From positions 644,631-676,630 of the forward strand of contig NZ_CP076723.1 of the NCBI RefSeq assembly GCF_018986915.1: a stretch of 32,000 bases of DNA, read 5' to 3'. The position numbers were made by a program, and so were the translations under genes. How positions within the stretch are numbered: the stretch's first letter is position 1; each line of letters starts with the position of its first letter. The stretch comes from Geomonas oryzisoli (lineage in GTDB: Bacteria > Desulfobacterota > Desulfuromonadia > Geobacterales > Geobacteraceae). The notes under the pieces are model-generated. The model ran no database searches. It saw only the letters and a program-made list of their open reading frames with translations, and was not told the DNA's origin. Below, one piece after another: positions 23,887 through 31,903 of this stretch.

Positions 23887-24327
23887 ATGACCAACACTAT
23901 CATTCTTCATCGCGTTTTTCGAGCGGCACCCGAGAAGATCTATCGAGCATTCCTTGACCCGGACGCCCTGGTGAAGTGGCTGCCGCCGAACGGATTCACC
24001 GCAAAGGTCCATCAGATGGACGCAAAGGTCGGTGGGACCTACAAGATGTCGTTCACCAATTTCTCCACGGGGCAGACCCATTCCTTCGGAGGCACCTACT
24101 TGGAACTGGTGCCGCACGAACGGATACGCTACACGGACGCTTTCGACGATCCGAATCTATCTGGAGAGATACAGACGACGACAACTCTGCGCCGGGTGTC
24201 GTGCGGAACTGAATTGAAGATCGTGCAGGAGGGTGTTCCTGAAGCCATTCCTGCCGAAGCTTGCTATCTCGGCTGGCAGGAGTCGCTGGCCCTGCTGAAG
24301 ATGCTTGTTGAGGCGGATGTTTCTTAA
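23887..24327 (+). CDS. SRPBCC-superfamily protein (AHSA1/Aha1-like domain)
   Basis: 146 aa. The pattern is typical of this domain: ILHRVFRAAPEKIYRAFLDPDALVKWLPP ... GGTYKMSF ... GGTYLELVPHERIRYT. A GGAAGGAGG RBS is present. Confidence 0.88.
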   Translation: MTNTIILHRVFRAAPEKIYRAFLDPDALVKWLPPNGFTAKVHQMDAKVGGTYKMSFTNFSTGQTHSFGGTYLELVPHERIRYTDAFDDPNLSGEIQTTTTLRRVSCGTELKIVQEGVPEAIPAEACYLGWQESLALLKMLVEADVS

Positions 24328-24390
24328 CGCATGAGAGGGGAGGGGGCGGTAGCCGCGCCATGCCGGCTGCCGCCCCGCCACAAGGTGTGA

Positions 24391-24591
24391 CTATCTTCTT
24401 CTTTCGTGTGCCTTCTTCCCGTGCACCCGCTCGTAGGCGCGGCAGAAGGGGCAGACGTCTTCCTCGATGCGGGTGACGAAGTCGTAGACGAGCCCCTTCT
24501 GATGATAACGGGCATGAAGGCATACCGGACAGAGCTCGCAAACGGTTGCCATGGCTTTGTCCAGTGCGGTCGGTTTCTCGGTGGGTGGCAT
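24391..24591 (-). CDS. Small Cys-rich (putative zinc-ribbon) hypothetical protein
   Basis: 66 aa from the ATG at 24591 (AAGGAAG lies 5 nt upstream). Two Cys pairs are present, CELCPVC and CPFC, with a basic C-terminal tail. It lies 45 nt downstream of qor on the same strand. Confidence 0.5.
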   Translation of the reverse strand: MPPTEKPTALDKAMATVCELCPVCLHARYHQKGLVYDFVTRIEEDVCPFCRAYERVHGKKAHERRR

Positions 24592-24636
24592 GATCACTTC
24601 CTTATCTATTAGTTTCTGCGGAACCGGGGCTGGTCG

Positions 24637-25614
24637 TTAATCCGGAATGAGGATGGTGGAGCCGGTAGTCTGGCGCGCCTCCAACTCCCGGTGAGCCTGG
24701 GCCGCGTCCTGTAACGGGAAGCTCCTGTTGATCTCGATCTTCACCTTACCGGAGGTTACCATCTCGAAGAGCTCGGCGGATGCCTCTTCCAACTCGGAAC
24801 GCTTGGCGATGTAGGTGGCGAGCCCGGTACGGGTCAGGTACAGGGATCCCTGTTGCGACAGGAGCAGCAGGTCGACCGGCGGGACCGGACCGGAAGCGTT
24901 GCCAAAGCTCACCATGAGACCCCGGGGGCGCAGGCACTTGAGCGAGGTCTCGAAGGTGTCCTTGCCCACGGAATCGTACACCACCGCAGCGCCTTCACCG
25001 CCGGTGATCTCCTTCAGCCGCTCCAGGATGTTTTCCGTGCGGTAGTTGACGCAGTAGTCGGCGCCGTGCTTGCGCGCCAGCTCGCACTTTTCTTCCGTGC
25101 CGGCGGTGCCTATCACCTTGGCGCCCAAGGCACGCAGCCACTGGCAGGCGATGGTTCCGACGCCGCCTGCGGCGGCATGGAACACCACGGTTTCTCCTGC
25201 CTGCACCCGGTAGGTTCTCCTGACCAGGTACTGTACGGTCAGCCCCTTGAGCATCATCCCGGCTGCCTGCTCGAATGAGACGGCATCAGGGAGCAGGCAG
25301 AGCCGATCCGCCTTGATGACGCGGGATTCGCAGTAGCCGCCGCCGGAAGTCCCCGCGTAAGCGACGCGGTCGCCGACCTTGAACAGCGTAACTCCCTCGC
25401 CGACGGCCTCGACCACGCCGGCTCCTTCATTGCCGGCGATTGCCGGCAGCGGCATCTTGTACAGTCCGCTGCGCTGGTACACGTCGACGAAGTTCACTCC
25501 GACCGCCTTGTGCCGGATGAGCACCTCCCCCGGTCCCGGTTCCGGTACATCGACCTCCATCCACTTCAGCACTTCCGGCCCGCCAAACTGTTCAAAGCAG
25601 ATTGCTTTAGACAT
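24637..25614 (-). CDS. qor: NADPH:quinone oxidoreductase (zeta-crystallin-type medium-chain dehydrogenase/reductase)
   Basis: 325 aa. FGGPEVLKW..V..P.PGPGEVLIRHKAVGVNFVDVY.RSG.Y, the nucleotide-binding motif AAAGGVG, and a non-zinc MDR pattern. Confidence 0.9.
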   Translation of the reverse strand: MSKAICFEQFGGPEVLKWMEVDVPEPGPGEVLIRHKAVGVNFVDVYQRSGLYKMPLPAIAGNEGAGVVEAVGEGVTLFKVGDRVAYAGTSGGGYCESRVIKADRLCLLPDAVSFEQAAGMMLKGLTVQYLVRRTYRVQAGETVVFHAAAGGVGTIACQWLRALGAKVIGTAGTEEKCELARKHGADYCVNYRTENILERLKEITGGEGAAVVYDSVGKDTFETSLKCLRPRGLMVSFGNASGPVPPVDLLLLSQQGSLYLTRTGLATYIAKRSELEEASAELFEMVTSGKVKIEINRSFPLQDAAQAHRELEARQTTGSTILIPD

Positions 25615-25637
25615 GGTGCACTCCTATAACGAAGATG

Positions 25638-25799
25638 TCAGAACCGTCTCCGGCCGTCACTAAAGGTTCCCTGGGTGTCTACGCGGCGATTGTAATCATC
25701 AATTGCCTCTTTGTTCTCCTCGTTCCAATGCAGGTAATAGTCCTCTCTGACAGTAATCAACTTTTGGGGAGCATTGGGGCCAAACAGATTCACTGGCAT
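25638..25799 (-). CDS. Short CcdA-family antitoxin-like protein (orphan)
   Basis: 53 aa from the ATG at 25799 (AGGAGG lies 7 nt upstream). The C-terminal HWNEENKEAIDDYNRRVDTQGTFSDGRRRF matches the CcdA pattern RW..EN..A...N.FV...G.F.D..R.F. The region N-terminal to it is only about 23 aa. Confidence 0.6.
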   Translation of the reverse strand: MPVNLFGPNAPQKLITVREDYYLHWNEENKEAIDDYNRRVDTQGTFSDGRRRF

Positions 25800-25861
25800 G
25801 CGGATGCCTCCTGCGATTTGCGATCCGTATAACATACCCCATTCGTGTCATTCTTGAAAGT

Positions 25862-25897
25862 TTCAACAAGAAAGGCCGCCCTTCATTTGGACGGCCT
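25862..25897 (-). terminator. Rho-independent terminator of the pckA / small-ORF transcription unit
   Basis: On the minus strand: AGGCCGTCC / GGGCGGCCT stem (one mismatch) with a 7-nt loop, followed by TTCTTGTTG. Confidence 0.6.
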
Positions 25898-25984
25898 CTC
25901 TATCCTCTTTATGCTTGCTGCCACGGAGGCAGCGGGAGTTGGCGACGGTTTCGCGGTCCTGCCCGCTGCCCCCGTGACAATGCG

Positions 25985-26173
25985 TTACGCAATCATCTCG
26001 CAGTCGTCTTCGGGCCAGCTGTCCAGGCTGCCGTCGGGGAGCTCCACCTGCACGGTGTCACCTTCGATGGTGCAGCCGTAACTCAGCCCGATCTCGCCGG
26101 TCTTCACGTTCTTCACCTGTACCCGCTGCTCTTTCCTCTCCGTGGTGTCACATATCTCTGAATGTACCCGTTT
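25985..26173 (-). CDS. Small hypothetical protein (62 aa), acidic C-terminus
   Basis: AGGAGG lies 5 nt upstream of the ATG. It sits 55 nt downstream of pckA on the same strand and is followed by a terminator. I recognise no family. Confidence 0.6.
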   Translation of the reverse strand, partial: KRVHSEICDTTERKEQRVQVKNVKTGEIGLSYGCTIEGDTVQVELPDGSLDSWPEDDCEMIA

Positions 26174-26228
26174 CATGGTAACCTCCTGAGTCCTGCGTTA
26201 ATGATAGCAGCGTGGCTTCGCAGTGCAA

Positions 26229-27818
26229 CTACAGAACGGAGGCGATCTCCGGCGCTGCCGTCTCCTTGAACTGGCCGAAGTTGTGGCGGAACATCTCCAC
26301 GAGCTTCTGGGCAGTGGCATCGTAGGCGGCCTTGTCGCTCCAGGCGTTTCTCGCGTTGAGGATTTCGGTCGGCACTCCGGGGCAGGCGGTGGGGATGTTC
26401 AGGCCGAAGACCGGGTCCTTTACGAAGGTGCCTGCGCTCAGCGTCCCGTCCAGGGCCGCGTTCACCAGGGCGCGCGAGTAGGCGATCTTCATCCTCGCCC
26501 CCACGCCGGGACCGCCGCCGCTCCAGCCGGTGTTCACCAGCCAGCAGTCGACCTTGTTCGCGGCGATCATCTTGCCGAGGAGGTCGGCGTACAGCGACGG
26601 CCTGAGAGCCATGAAGGGGGCGCCGAAACAGGCCGAGAAGGTCGCCTGCGGCTCGGTGACGCCCGCCTCGGTCCCGGCCACTTTGGCGGTGTAACCCGAC
26701 AGGAAATGGTACATCGCCTGCGCCGCGGTGAGACGGGCGATCGGCGGCAGCACACCGAAGGCGTCGCAGGTGAGCATGATCACGTTGCTGGGGTGGCCGC
26801 CTACCCCCGACGGGACGATGTTGGGGATGTGGGTGATCGGGTAGGAGGCCCGGGTGTTCTCGGTGAAGGAGGCGTCGTCGAGATCGATGCGGCGCGAGAT
26901 GGTGTCGATGGCGACGTTCTCCAGGATGGTGCCGAACCTCCGGGTGCACTGGTAGATCTCGGGCTCGCTCTCGGCCGAAAGGTTGATCACCTTGGCGTAA
27001 CACCCTCCCTCGAAGTTGAAGACCCCCTCTTCGTCCCAGCCGTGCTCGTCGTCGCCGATCAGGAGGCGGTTGGGTGCTGCTGAGAGCGTCGTCTTCCCGG
27101 TGCCGGAAAGGCCGAAGAAGATGGCCACGTCGCCGCCGGGCCCGGTGTTGGCAGAGCAGTGCATCGACATCACGTTCTTTTGCGGCAGCAGGTAGTTGAG
27201 CACGGTGAAGATCGACTTCTTGATCTCGCCGGCGTAGCTGGTGCCGCCGATGATGACCATCTTCCTGGCGAAGTTGATGATGATGAAGGCCTCGGAGTTG
27301 GTGCCGTCGACGCTGGGCTGGGCATGGAAGGCGGGGAGGTCGATGACGGTGAACTCAGTCTTGTGGGAGAGCAGTTCCTCCTGGGTTGCGCGCAGGAACA
27401 TGTTGCGCGCGAACAGTGAATGCCAGGCCCGCTCGGTTATGATGCGCACCGGGATGCGATGGGCGGGGCTTGCCCCGGCGAAGCAGTCCTGGACGAACAG
27501 GTCGCGTCCCTGCATGTAGTTGCACATCTTCCGGTAGAGCGCGTCGAACTTCTCCGGCGGGAAGGGGCGATTAACCTTGCCCCAGTTGATGTGGCTGCTC
27601 GAGGAGGGCTCATCCACGATGAACTTGTCGTTCGCCGCGCGCCCGGTGTAGTGCCCGGTCTTGACCGCGAGCGCCCCCAGGTGTGAGATGAGCCCCTCGC
27701 CGCGGCGGACCACCTGCTCGTAGAGAACGGAGGTCGGGGAGGTCCAGTAGATAAGGTTCGCGTTGTGGATGCCATGTTGCTCGAGTCCATTGCCCCTGGT
27801 GATATCGTTTAATCTCAC
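26229..27818 (-). CDS. pckA: Phosphoenolpyruvate carboxykinase (ATP-dependent)
   Basis: 529 aa. Kinase-1a P-loop FFGLSGTGKTTLS, IGDDEHGW, and a PckA-type N-terminus. The start is GTG, preceded by GAGGGGGAG. Confidence 0.94.
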   Translation of the reverse strand: MRLNDITRGNGLEQHGIHNANLIYWTSPTSVLYEQVVRRGEGLISHLGALAVKTGHYTGRAANDKFIVDEPSSSSHINWGKVNRPFPPEKFDALYRKMCNYMQGRDLFVQDCFAGASPAHRIPVRIITERAWHSLFARNMFLRATQEELLSHKTEFTVIDLPAFHAQPSVDGTNSEAFIIINFARKMVIIGGTSYAGEIKKSIFTVLNYLLPQKNVMSMHCSANTGPGGDVAIFFGLSGTGKTTLSAAPNRLLIGDDEHGWDEEGVFNFEGGCYAKVINLSAESEPEIYQCTRRFGTILENVAIDTISRRIDLDDASFTENTRASYPITHIPNIVPSGVGGHPSNVIMLTCDAFGVLPPIARLTAAQAMYHFLSGYTAKVAGTEAGVTEPQATFSACFGAPFMALRPSLYADLLGKMIAANKVDCWLVNTGWSGGGPGVGARMKIAYSRALVNAALDGTLSAGTFVKDPVFGLNIPTACPGVPTEILNARNAWSDKAAYDATAQKLVEMFRHNFGQFKETAAPEIASVL

Positions 27819-27857
27819 TGCTGGCTCCCCCTCTCATTGGATCTGCGCCAAGCTTAA

Positions 27858-27885
27858 AAGATATCAGGGGCAGGTAGCTTTGCAA
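27858..27885 (-). promoter_or_regulatory. Candidate sigma70-type promoter for pckA
   Basis: On the minus strand: TTGCAA, 16-nt spacer, TATCTT. It lies between the pckG terminator and the pckA RBS. Confidence 0.3.
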
Positions 27886-27900
27886 CCGGCGCGGCAACGC

Positions 27901-27931
27901 AAAAGGGCCCCGGTCATTAAGACCGGGGCCC
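27901..27931 (-). terminator. Rho-independent terminator of pckG
   Basis: GGGCCCCGGTC / GACCGGGGCCC 11-bp perfect stem with a 5-nt loop, followed on the minus strand by TTTTG. Confidence 0.8.
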
Positions 27932-27961
27932 TTGCTTGTTTCATTGTACTTCAGCGACTTG

Positions 27962-29818
27962 TTAGTCGTTGAACCCTTCGGCGGAGGCCGGGTTGTACTG
28001 CTCCCAGTGCTCCGGCGAACGCCACAGCCCGGAAAGGATCATCTCGCGGATGTGGAGGAATTCTTTCGGGAGACGGTCGTACATCTTCACGAACAGCTCC
28101 TCGTGGGAGAGGATCTCCTCCTTCCAGACGTCGCGGTCGATGGACATGAGCTCCTGGTACTGCTCGCGGGAGACCTCGTTCAGGCCGGTCCAATCCAGGT
28201 CCTCGTAGCGCGGCATCCACCCCAGCGGGCTCTCGACGGAGGCACCGCGGCCGTTGGCGCGGTCGGCGATCCACTTGAGAACGCGCATGTTCTCGCCGAA
28301 GCCCGGCCAGAGGAACTTGCCGTTGGCGTCTTTACGGAACCAGTTGACCGAGAAGATGCGCGGCGGGTTCGGGGTGGTGCGCCCGACCTGCAGCCAGTGG
28401 TTGAAGTAGTCCGCCACGTGGTAGCCGGTGAAGGGGAGCATCGCGAACGGGTCGCGACGGACGTTGCCGATGGCGCCCACGGCGGCCGCGGTGGTCTCGC
28501 TCCCCATGGTGGCGGCGAGGTACACGCCGTAGCTCCAGTTGAAGGACTGGTACACCAGCGGGATCACGTTGTTGCGGCGGCCGCCGAACACGAACGCCTT
28601 CATGGGCACGCCCTTCGGGTCTTCCCAGGCCGGGTCGATGGAGGGGCACTGCGAAGCCGGGGAGGTGAAGCGGGAGTTCGGGTGCGCGGCGTTCCTGCCG
28701 CAGCCCGGGGTCCACTCGTTGCCCTGCCAGTCGGTCAGCTTCGCCGGAAGCTCGTCGGTCATCCCCTCCCACCAGACGTCGCCGTCCGGGGTGAGCGCCA
28801 CGTTGGTGAAGATGGTGTTCTTGGCGCAGGAGTGCATCGCGTTCGGGTTGGACTTGAACGAGGTGCCCGGGGCCACGCCGAAGAAGCCTGCTTCCGGGTT
28901 GATGGCGTAGAGCTGGCCGTCGGGACCGGGCTTGATCCAGGCGATGTCGTCGCCCACGGTGGAGATCTTGTAGCCGCTCTTGGCGAAGTGGTCGGGCGGG
29001 ACCAGCATGGAGAGGTTGGTCTTGCCGCAGGCGCTCGGGAAGGCGGCGCCCAGGTAGGTCTTCTCACCTTCCGGGGTCTCGATGCCGAGGATCAGCATGT
29101 GCTCGGCCAGCCACCCCTCGTCCTTGGCGATCTTGGAAGCGATCCTGAGGGCGAGGCACTTCTTGCCCAGCAGGGCGTTGCCGCCGTAGCCGGAGCCGAA
29201 GGACCAGATGGAGCGCTCCTCCGGGAAGTGGACGATGTACTTCTCCTTGTTGCACGGCCAGGGCACGTCTTTCTGCCCGGCGGCGAGCGGTGCGCCGACC
29301 GAATGCAGGCAGGGGACGAACTCGCCGTTTTCACCGAGGATGTCGATGACCTTCTTGCCCATGCGGGTCATGATCTTCATGTTGACCGCGACGTAGGGGG
29401 AGTCGGAGATCTCGACGCCGATCTTGGCGATGTTGGAGCCCAGCGGACCCATGGAGAAGGGGATGACGTACATGGTGCGCCCCTTCATGCAGCCGGTGAA
29501 GAGGCCGGTCAGGGTCTTCTTCATCTCCTTGGGGTGCACCCAGTTGTTGGTCGGGCCGGCATCCTGCTTGGCGATGGAGCAGATGAAGGTGCGGTCCTCG
29601 ACGCGGGCGACGTCGCCGGGATCGGACAGGGCCAGGTAGCTGTTCGGGCGCTTCTCCGGGTTCAGCTTACGGAAGGTGCCGCCTTTGACCAGCAGTTCGC
29701 ACAGGCTGTCGTACTCCGCCTCGGTCCCGTCGCACCAGTGGATCTGGTCCGGTTGGCACATCTCGGCGACTTCCTTGACCCAGGCCAAGAGCTGCTTGTT
29801 CTTAACTTCGTAATTCAT
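27962..29818 (-). CDS. pckG: Phosphoenolpyruvate carboxykinase (GTP-dependent)
   Basis: 618 aa from the ATG at 29818 (AAGGAGGG upstream) giving [22 protein letters not shown] motifs are [24 protein letters not shown] and GDDIAWIK. The 54 upstream codons of the track ORF have no homology-like features. Confidence 0.94.
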   Translation of the reverse strand: MNYEVKNKQLLAWVKEVAEMCQPDQIHWCDGTEAEYDSLCELLVKGGTFRKLNPEKRPNSYLALSDPGDVARVEDRTFICSIAKQDAGPTNNWVHPKEMKKTLTGLFTGCMKGRTMYVIPFSMGPLGSNIAKIGVEISDSPYVAVNMKIMTRMGKKVIDILGENGEFVPCLHSVGAPLAAGQKDVPWPCNKEKYIVHFPEERSIWSFGSGYGGNALLGKKCLALRIASKIAKDEGWLAEHMLILGIETPEGEKTYLGAAFPSACGKTNLSMLVPPDHFAKSGYKISTVGDDIAWIKPGPDGQLYAINPEAGFFGVAPGTSFKSNPNAMHSCAKNTIFTNVALTPDGDVWWEGMTDELPAKLTDWQGNEWTPGCGRNAAHPNSRFTSPASQCPSIDPAWEDPKGVPMKAFVFGGRRNNVIPLVYQSFNWSYGVYLAATMGSETTAAAVGAIGNVRRDPFAMLPFTGYHVADYFNHWLQVGRTTPNPPRIFSVNWFRKDANGKFLWPGFGENMRVLKWIADRANGRGASVESPLGWMPRYEDLDWTGLNEVSREQYQELMSIDRDVWKEEILSHEELFVKMYDRLPKEFLHIREMILSGLWRSPEHWEQYNPASAEGFND

Positions 29819-30258
29819 GGATATTCCCTCCTTTGGGTATTGCTTCATCGCATTTTTAGAAGAGACCAAACCCTCCGCGGTGCTGCTAATCTCACAGGTT
29901 TCCATAGTTGTCCTCTCTGCCGTTATGGCGGTGGACCGCAAACGACCAAAAGTGACCAGTGCTTGGGCCGCCGATGGCAATTCCGGCCTACGGTTGATGT
30001 TTCGTTAGCGTCGGTTAGTTGGGTTTATGGTACCGAGTGTTGGGATTTATGGACGTCGAATGCGGGGTGCTGGGAAGTGAGGCCCTCGCCCTGACTGACG
30101 ATTCGCTCTGTGAGATCGTGGCGTTTGTTCCTTGAGAGACATGCACCAACTGATGTCATCGAACGACTGTCCGCTCTCCTCTCTGAGTCATAATTTTAAT
30201 TATTATAAAGTAACACAACAGCTTTCAAAAGCAAGCGCAAATGTATACAAGAGGTCAA

Positions 30259-30286
30259 TTGACACGCACTCTCAGTCTGTTAGACT
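30259..30286 (+). promoter_or_regulatory. Candidate sigma70-type promoter for the rubredoxin gene
   Basis: TTGACA (30259-30264), 16-nt spacer, TAGACT (30281-30286). Sequence match only. Confidence 0.35.
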
Positions 30287-30407
30287 TTTGCCGGGCTTGA
30301 GGCTGTGTCTGGTTCCTGTCCATTCAGTCCCGAGCTAACATTAGAGAGTTGAGACCTTTCGCCGACCCGAAACGGCCGGCCTCACCATGAAACACTGGGG
30401 GTATTCA

Positions 30408-30566
30408 ATGGAGCCTTACATCTGCACCGTCTGCCAATACGTCTACGACCCCTATCTGGGCGACCCTGATAACGGGGTGCCGCCCGGAACCCCCTTCGCC
30501 GACCTTCCCGACGACTGGGTCTGTCCCATCTGCGGGGTCGGCAAGGAGGCCTTCGAGCCGGAGTAG
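30408..30566 (+). CDS. Rubredoxin
   Basis: It is not in the ORF track because it is only 52 aa. My translation is [52 protein letters not shown]. It has the two CxxCG-type knuckles (CTVC, CPIC) and the conserved YDP, GT.F and DW residues. An in-frame ATG at 30387 is an alternative start. Confidence 0.87.
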   Translation: MEPYICTVCQYVYDPYLGDPDNGVPPGTPFADLPDDWVCPICGVGKEAFEPE

Positions 30567-30573
30567 GACACGT

Positions 30574-30609
30574 AAAAAGGGGGGGAGCTGAACTGCTCCC
30601 CCCCCCTTC
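30574..30609. terminator. Hairpin terminator between convergent rubredoxin and aminotransferase genes
   Basis: GGGGGGGAGC / GCTCCCCCCC 10-bp stem with a 6-nt loop. The A-run upstream gives a U-tract for the minus-strand transcript. The tract is weaker on the plus strand. Confidence 0.65.
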
Positions 30610-30613
30610 GACT

Positions 30614-31684
30614 TTAGAGACCCTGCAGCAGTCCCTCCAATTCGTTTGTGATCTGTTTGAGATCTTCCAGTTTCATGTCGCCCATGTGGGCTACGCGGAA
30701 GGTCTTCCCTTTCAGCTTCCCGTACCCGTCGTCGAACGCAATGCCGCGCTCACCCAGCTGTTTCTTCACCAGGCCCAGGTCGACGCCACGGTCGTTGGTC
30801 GCGCAGGTGAGGGTGACGGAACGGTACGGTTCGGCCGGCAGGATGCCGAAGCCGTGCTGCGCCACCCAGCCCCGCATGAACGCCGCCATCTCCTGGTGGC
30901 GCTGCCAGCGCTGCTCCAGTCCCTCCGCGAAGATGCGCTCCAGCTGAAGGTTCATCGCGTAGATGAGCGAGATGCACGGGGTTGACGGCGTGTTGTCCTT
31001 CTCGTCGGCGGCGAGGAACTCGAGGAAGTCGAAGTAGTAGCCGCGGCCGGGGACGGTCTTGGCGCGCTCCAGGGCCCTTTCGCTGGCGGTGAAGACGGCG
31101 AGGCCCGGCGGCAGCGCGAAGGCCTTCTGCACGCCGAAGACGCAGCAGTCGATGCCCAACTCGTCGATGGGGATGTTGAGCGCGCTCATCGAGGAGACGG
31201 TGTCTATGATGGAAACCACGTCCGGGTACTTCTTGAGCACCGCCCCGATCTCGGGAAGCGGGCTCATGGTGCCGGTGGAGGTCTCGTTGTGGATCAGGGT
31301 GATGGCGTCGTACTTGCCGGTGGAGAGTGCCGCGTCCACCATCTCGGGGGTGATGGGCTGGCCCCACTCGGCCTTGAAGGCGTCGGCTTCCTTGCCGCAG
31401 GAGAGGGTGACCTTGTGCCACTTGTCGGAAAAGGCGCCGTTGCAGAAGTTGGCGCAGCGCTTGCCGACCAGGTTCCGTACCGCCCCTTCCATGGCGCCGA
31501 AGGCGCTCGATGTGGAGAGGAAGACCTTCTCCTTGGTGGACATGAGCTGCTTCAGCTTGTCGGTAACGCCCTTGTGCAGGCGCGCGTACTCCGGCATGCG
31601 GTGGCCGATCATCGGCGTTGCCATGGCCTCGAGGATTTCCGGGCTCACTTCGATCGGTCCGGGGATGTACAGCTTCTTATGCAT
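30614..31684 (-). CDS. Class V pyridoxal-phosphate aminotransferase (alanine/serine-glyoxylate aminotransferase family)
   Basis: 356 aa beginning LYIPGPIEVSPEILEAM, with HNETSTG and the PLP-lysine context GVQKAFALPPG. Confidence 0.9.
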   Translation of the reverse strand: MHKKLYIPGPIEVSPEILEAMATPMIGHRMPEYARLHKGVTDKLKQLMSTKEKVFLSTSSAFGAMEGAVRNLVGKRCANFCNGAFSDKWHKVTLSCGKEADAFKAEWGQPITPEMVDAALSTGKYDAITLIHNETSTGTMSPLPEIGAVLKKYPDVVSIIDTVSSMSALNIPIDELGIDCCVFGVQKAFALPPGLAVFTASERALERAKTVPGRGYYFDFLEFLAADEKDNTPSTPCISLIYAMNLQLERIFAEGLEQRWQRHQEMAAFMRGWVAQHGFGILPAEPYRSVTLTCATNDRGVDLGLVKKQLGERGIAFDDGYGKLKGKTFRVAHMGDMKLEDLKQITNELEGLLQGL

Positions 31685-31797
31685 GTAGGCTCCGTAACAA
31701 GCTTATTTTTGCCGGCAGCGTGCGGCTGGGAAGGGGGTGGGGAAGGGCGCGGCGCCAAGGTGCGAGCGGTCCGCGAGCCTGCTGCAGGCGGATCGTC

Positions 31798-31826
31798 AAC
31801 CTAGCAGATTACGCCGCCGATGTCAA
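31798..31826 (-). promoter_or_regulatory. Candidate sigma70-type promoter for the aminotransferase gene
   Basis: On the minus strand: TTGACA, 17-nt spacer, TAGGTT. Sequence match only. Confidence 0.35.
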
Positions 31827-31903
31827 TTCTCGCGTCCTGATTTGTAACACAAAAAACGGCGGGTCACGCGGTAGGAGGACGCTGTGCGCCGGGGGGGGCA
31901 TTG

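Noticed and set aside
23745-23957. 70-aa plus-strand ORF spanning the solitary repeat and the start of the SRPBCC gene
   Set aside because: It overlaps the well-supported SRPBCC CDS out of frame, starts within the AT-rich promoter of the divergent gene, and has no RBS.
24343-24378. Possible terminator hairpin GGGGCGGTAGCCGC...GGCTGCCGCCCC between the SRPBCC gene and the Cys-rich ORF
   Set aside because: The stem is imperfect and there is no U-tract on either strand, so it is not reported as a feature.
25635-25832. 65-aa plus-strand ORF overlapping the CcdA-like gene
   Set aside because: It has no RBS and is an unstructured hydrophobic translation. The minus-strand frame has an AGGAGG RBS and a family-like motif.
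27932-30094. 720-aa ORF antisense to pckG
   Set aside because: The minus-strand frame encodes an unmistakable GTP-PEPCK. The plus-strand frame is Gly/Val/Asp/His-rich junk running through the terminator and leader.
30132-30338. 68-aa plus-strand ORF in the pckG-rubredoxin intergenic region
   Set aside because: It lies in the AT-rich promoter region, has no RBS, and contains the predicted rubredoxin promoter.
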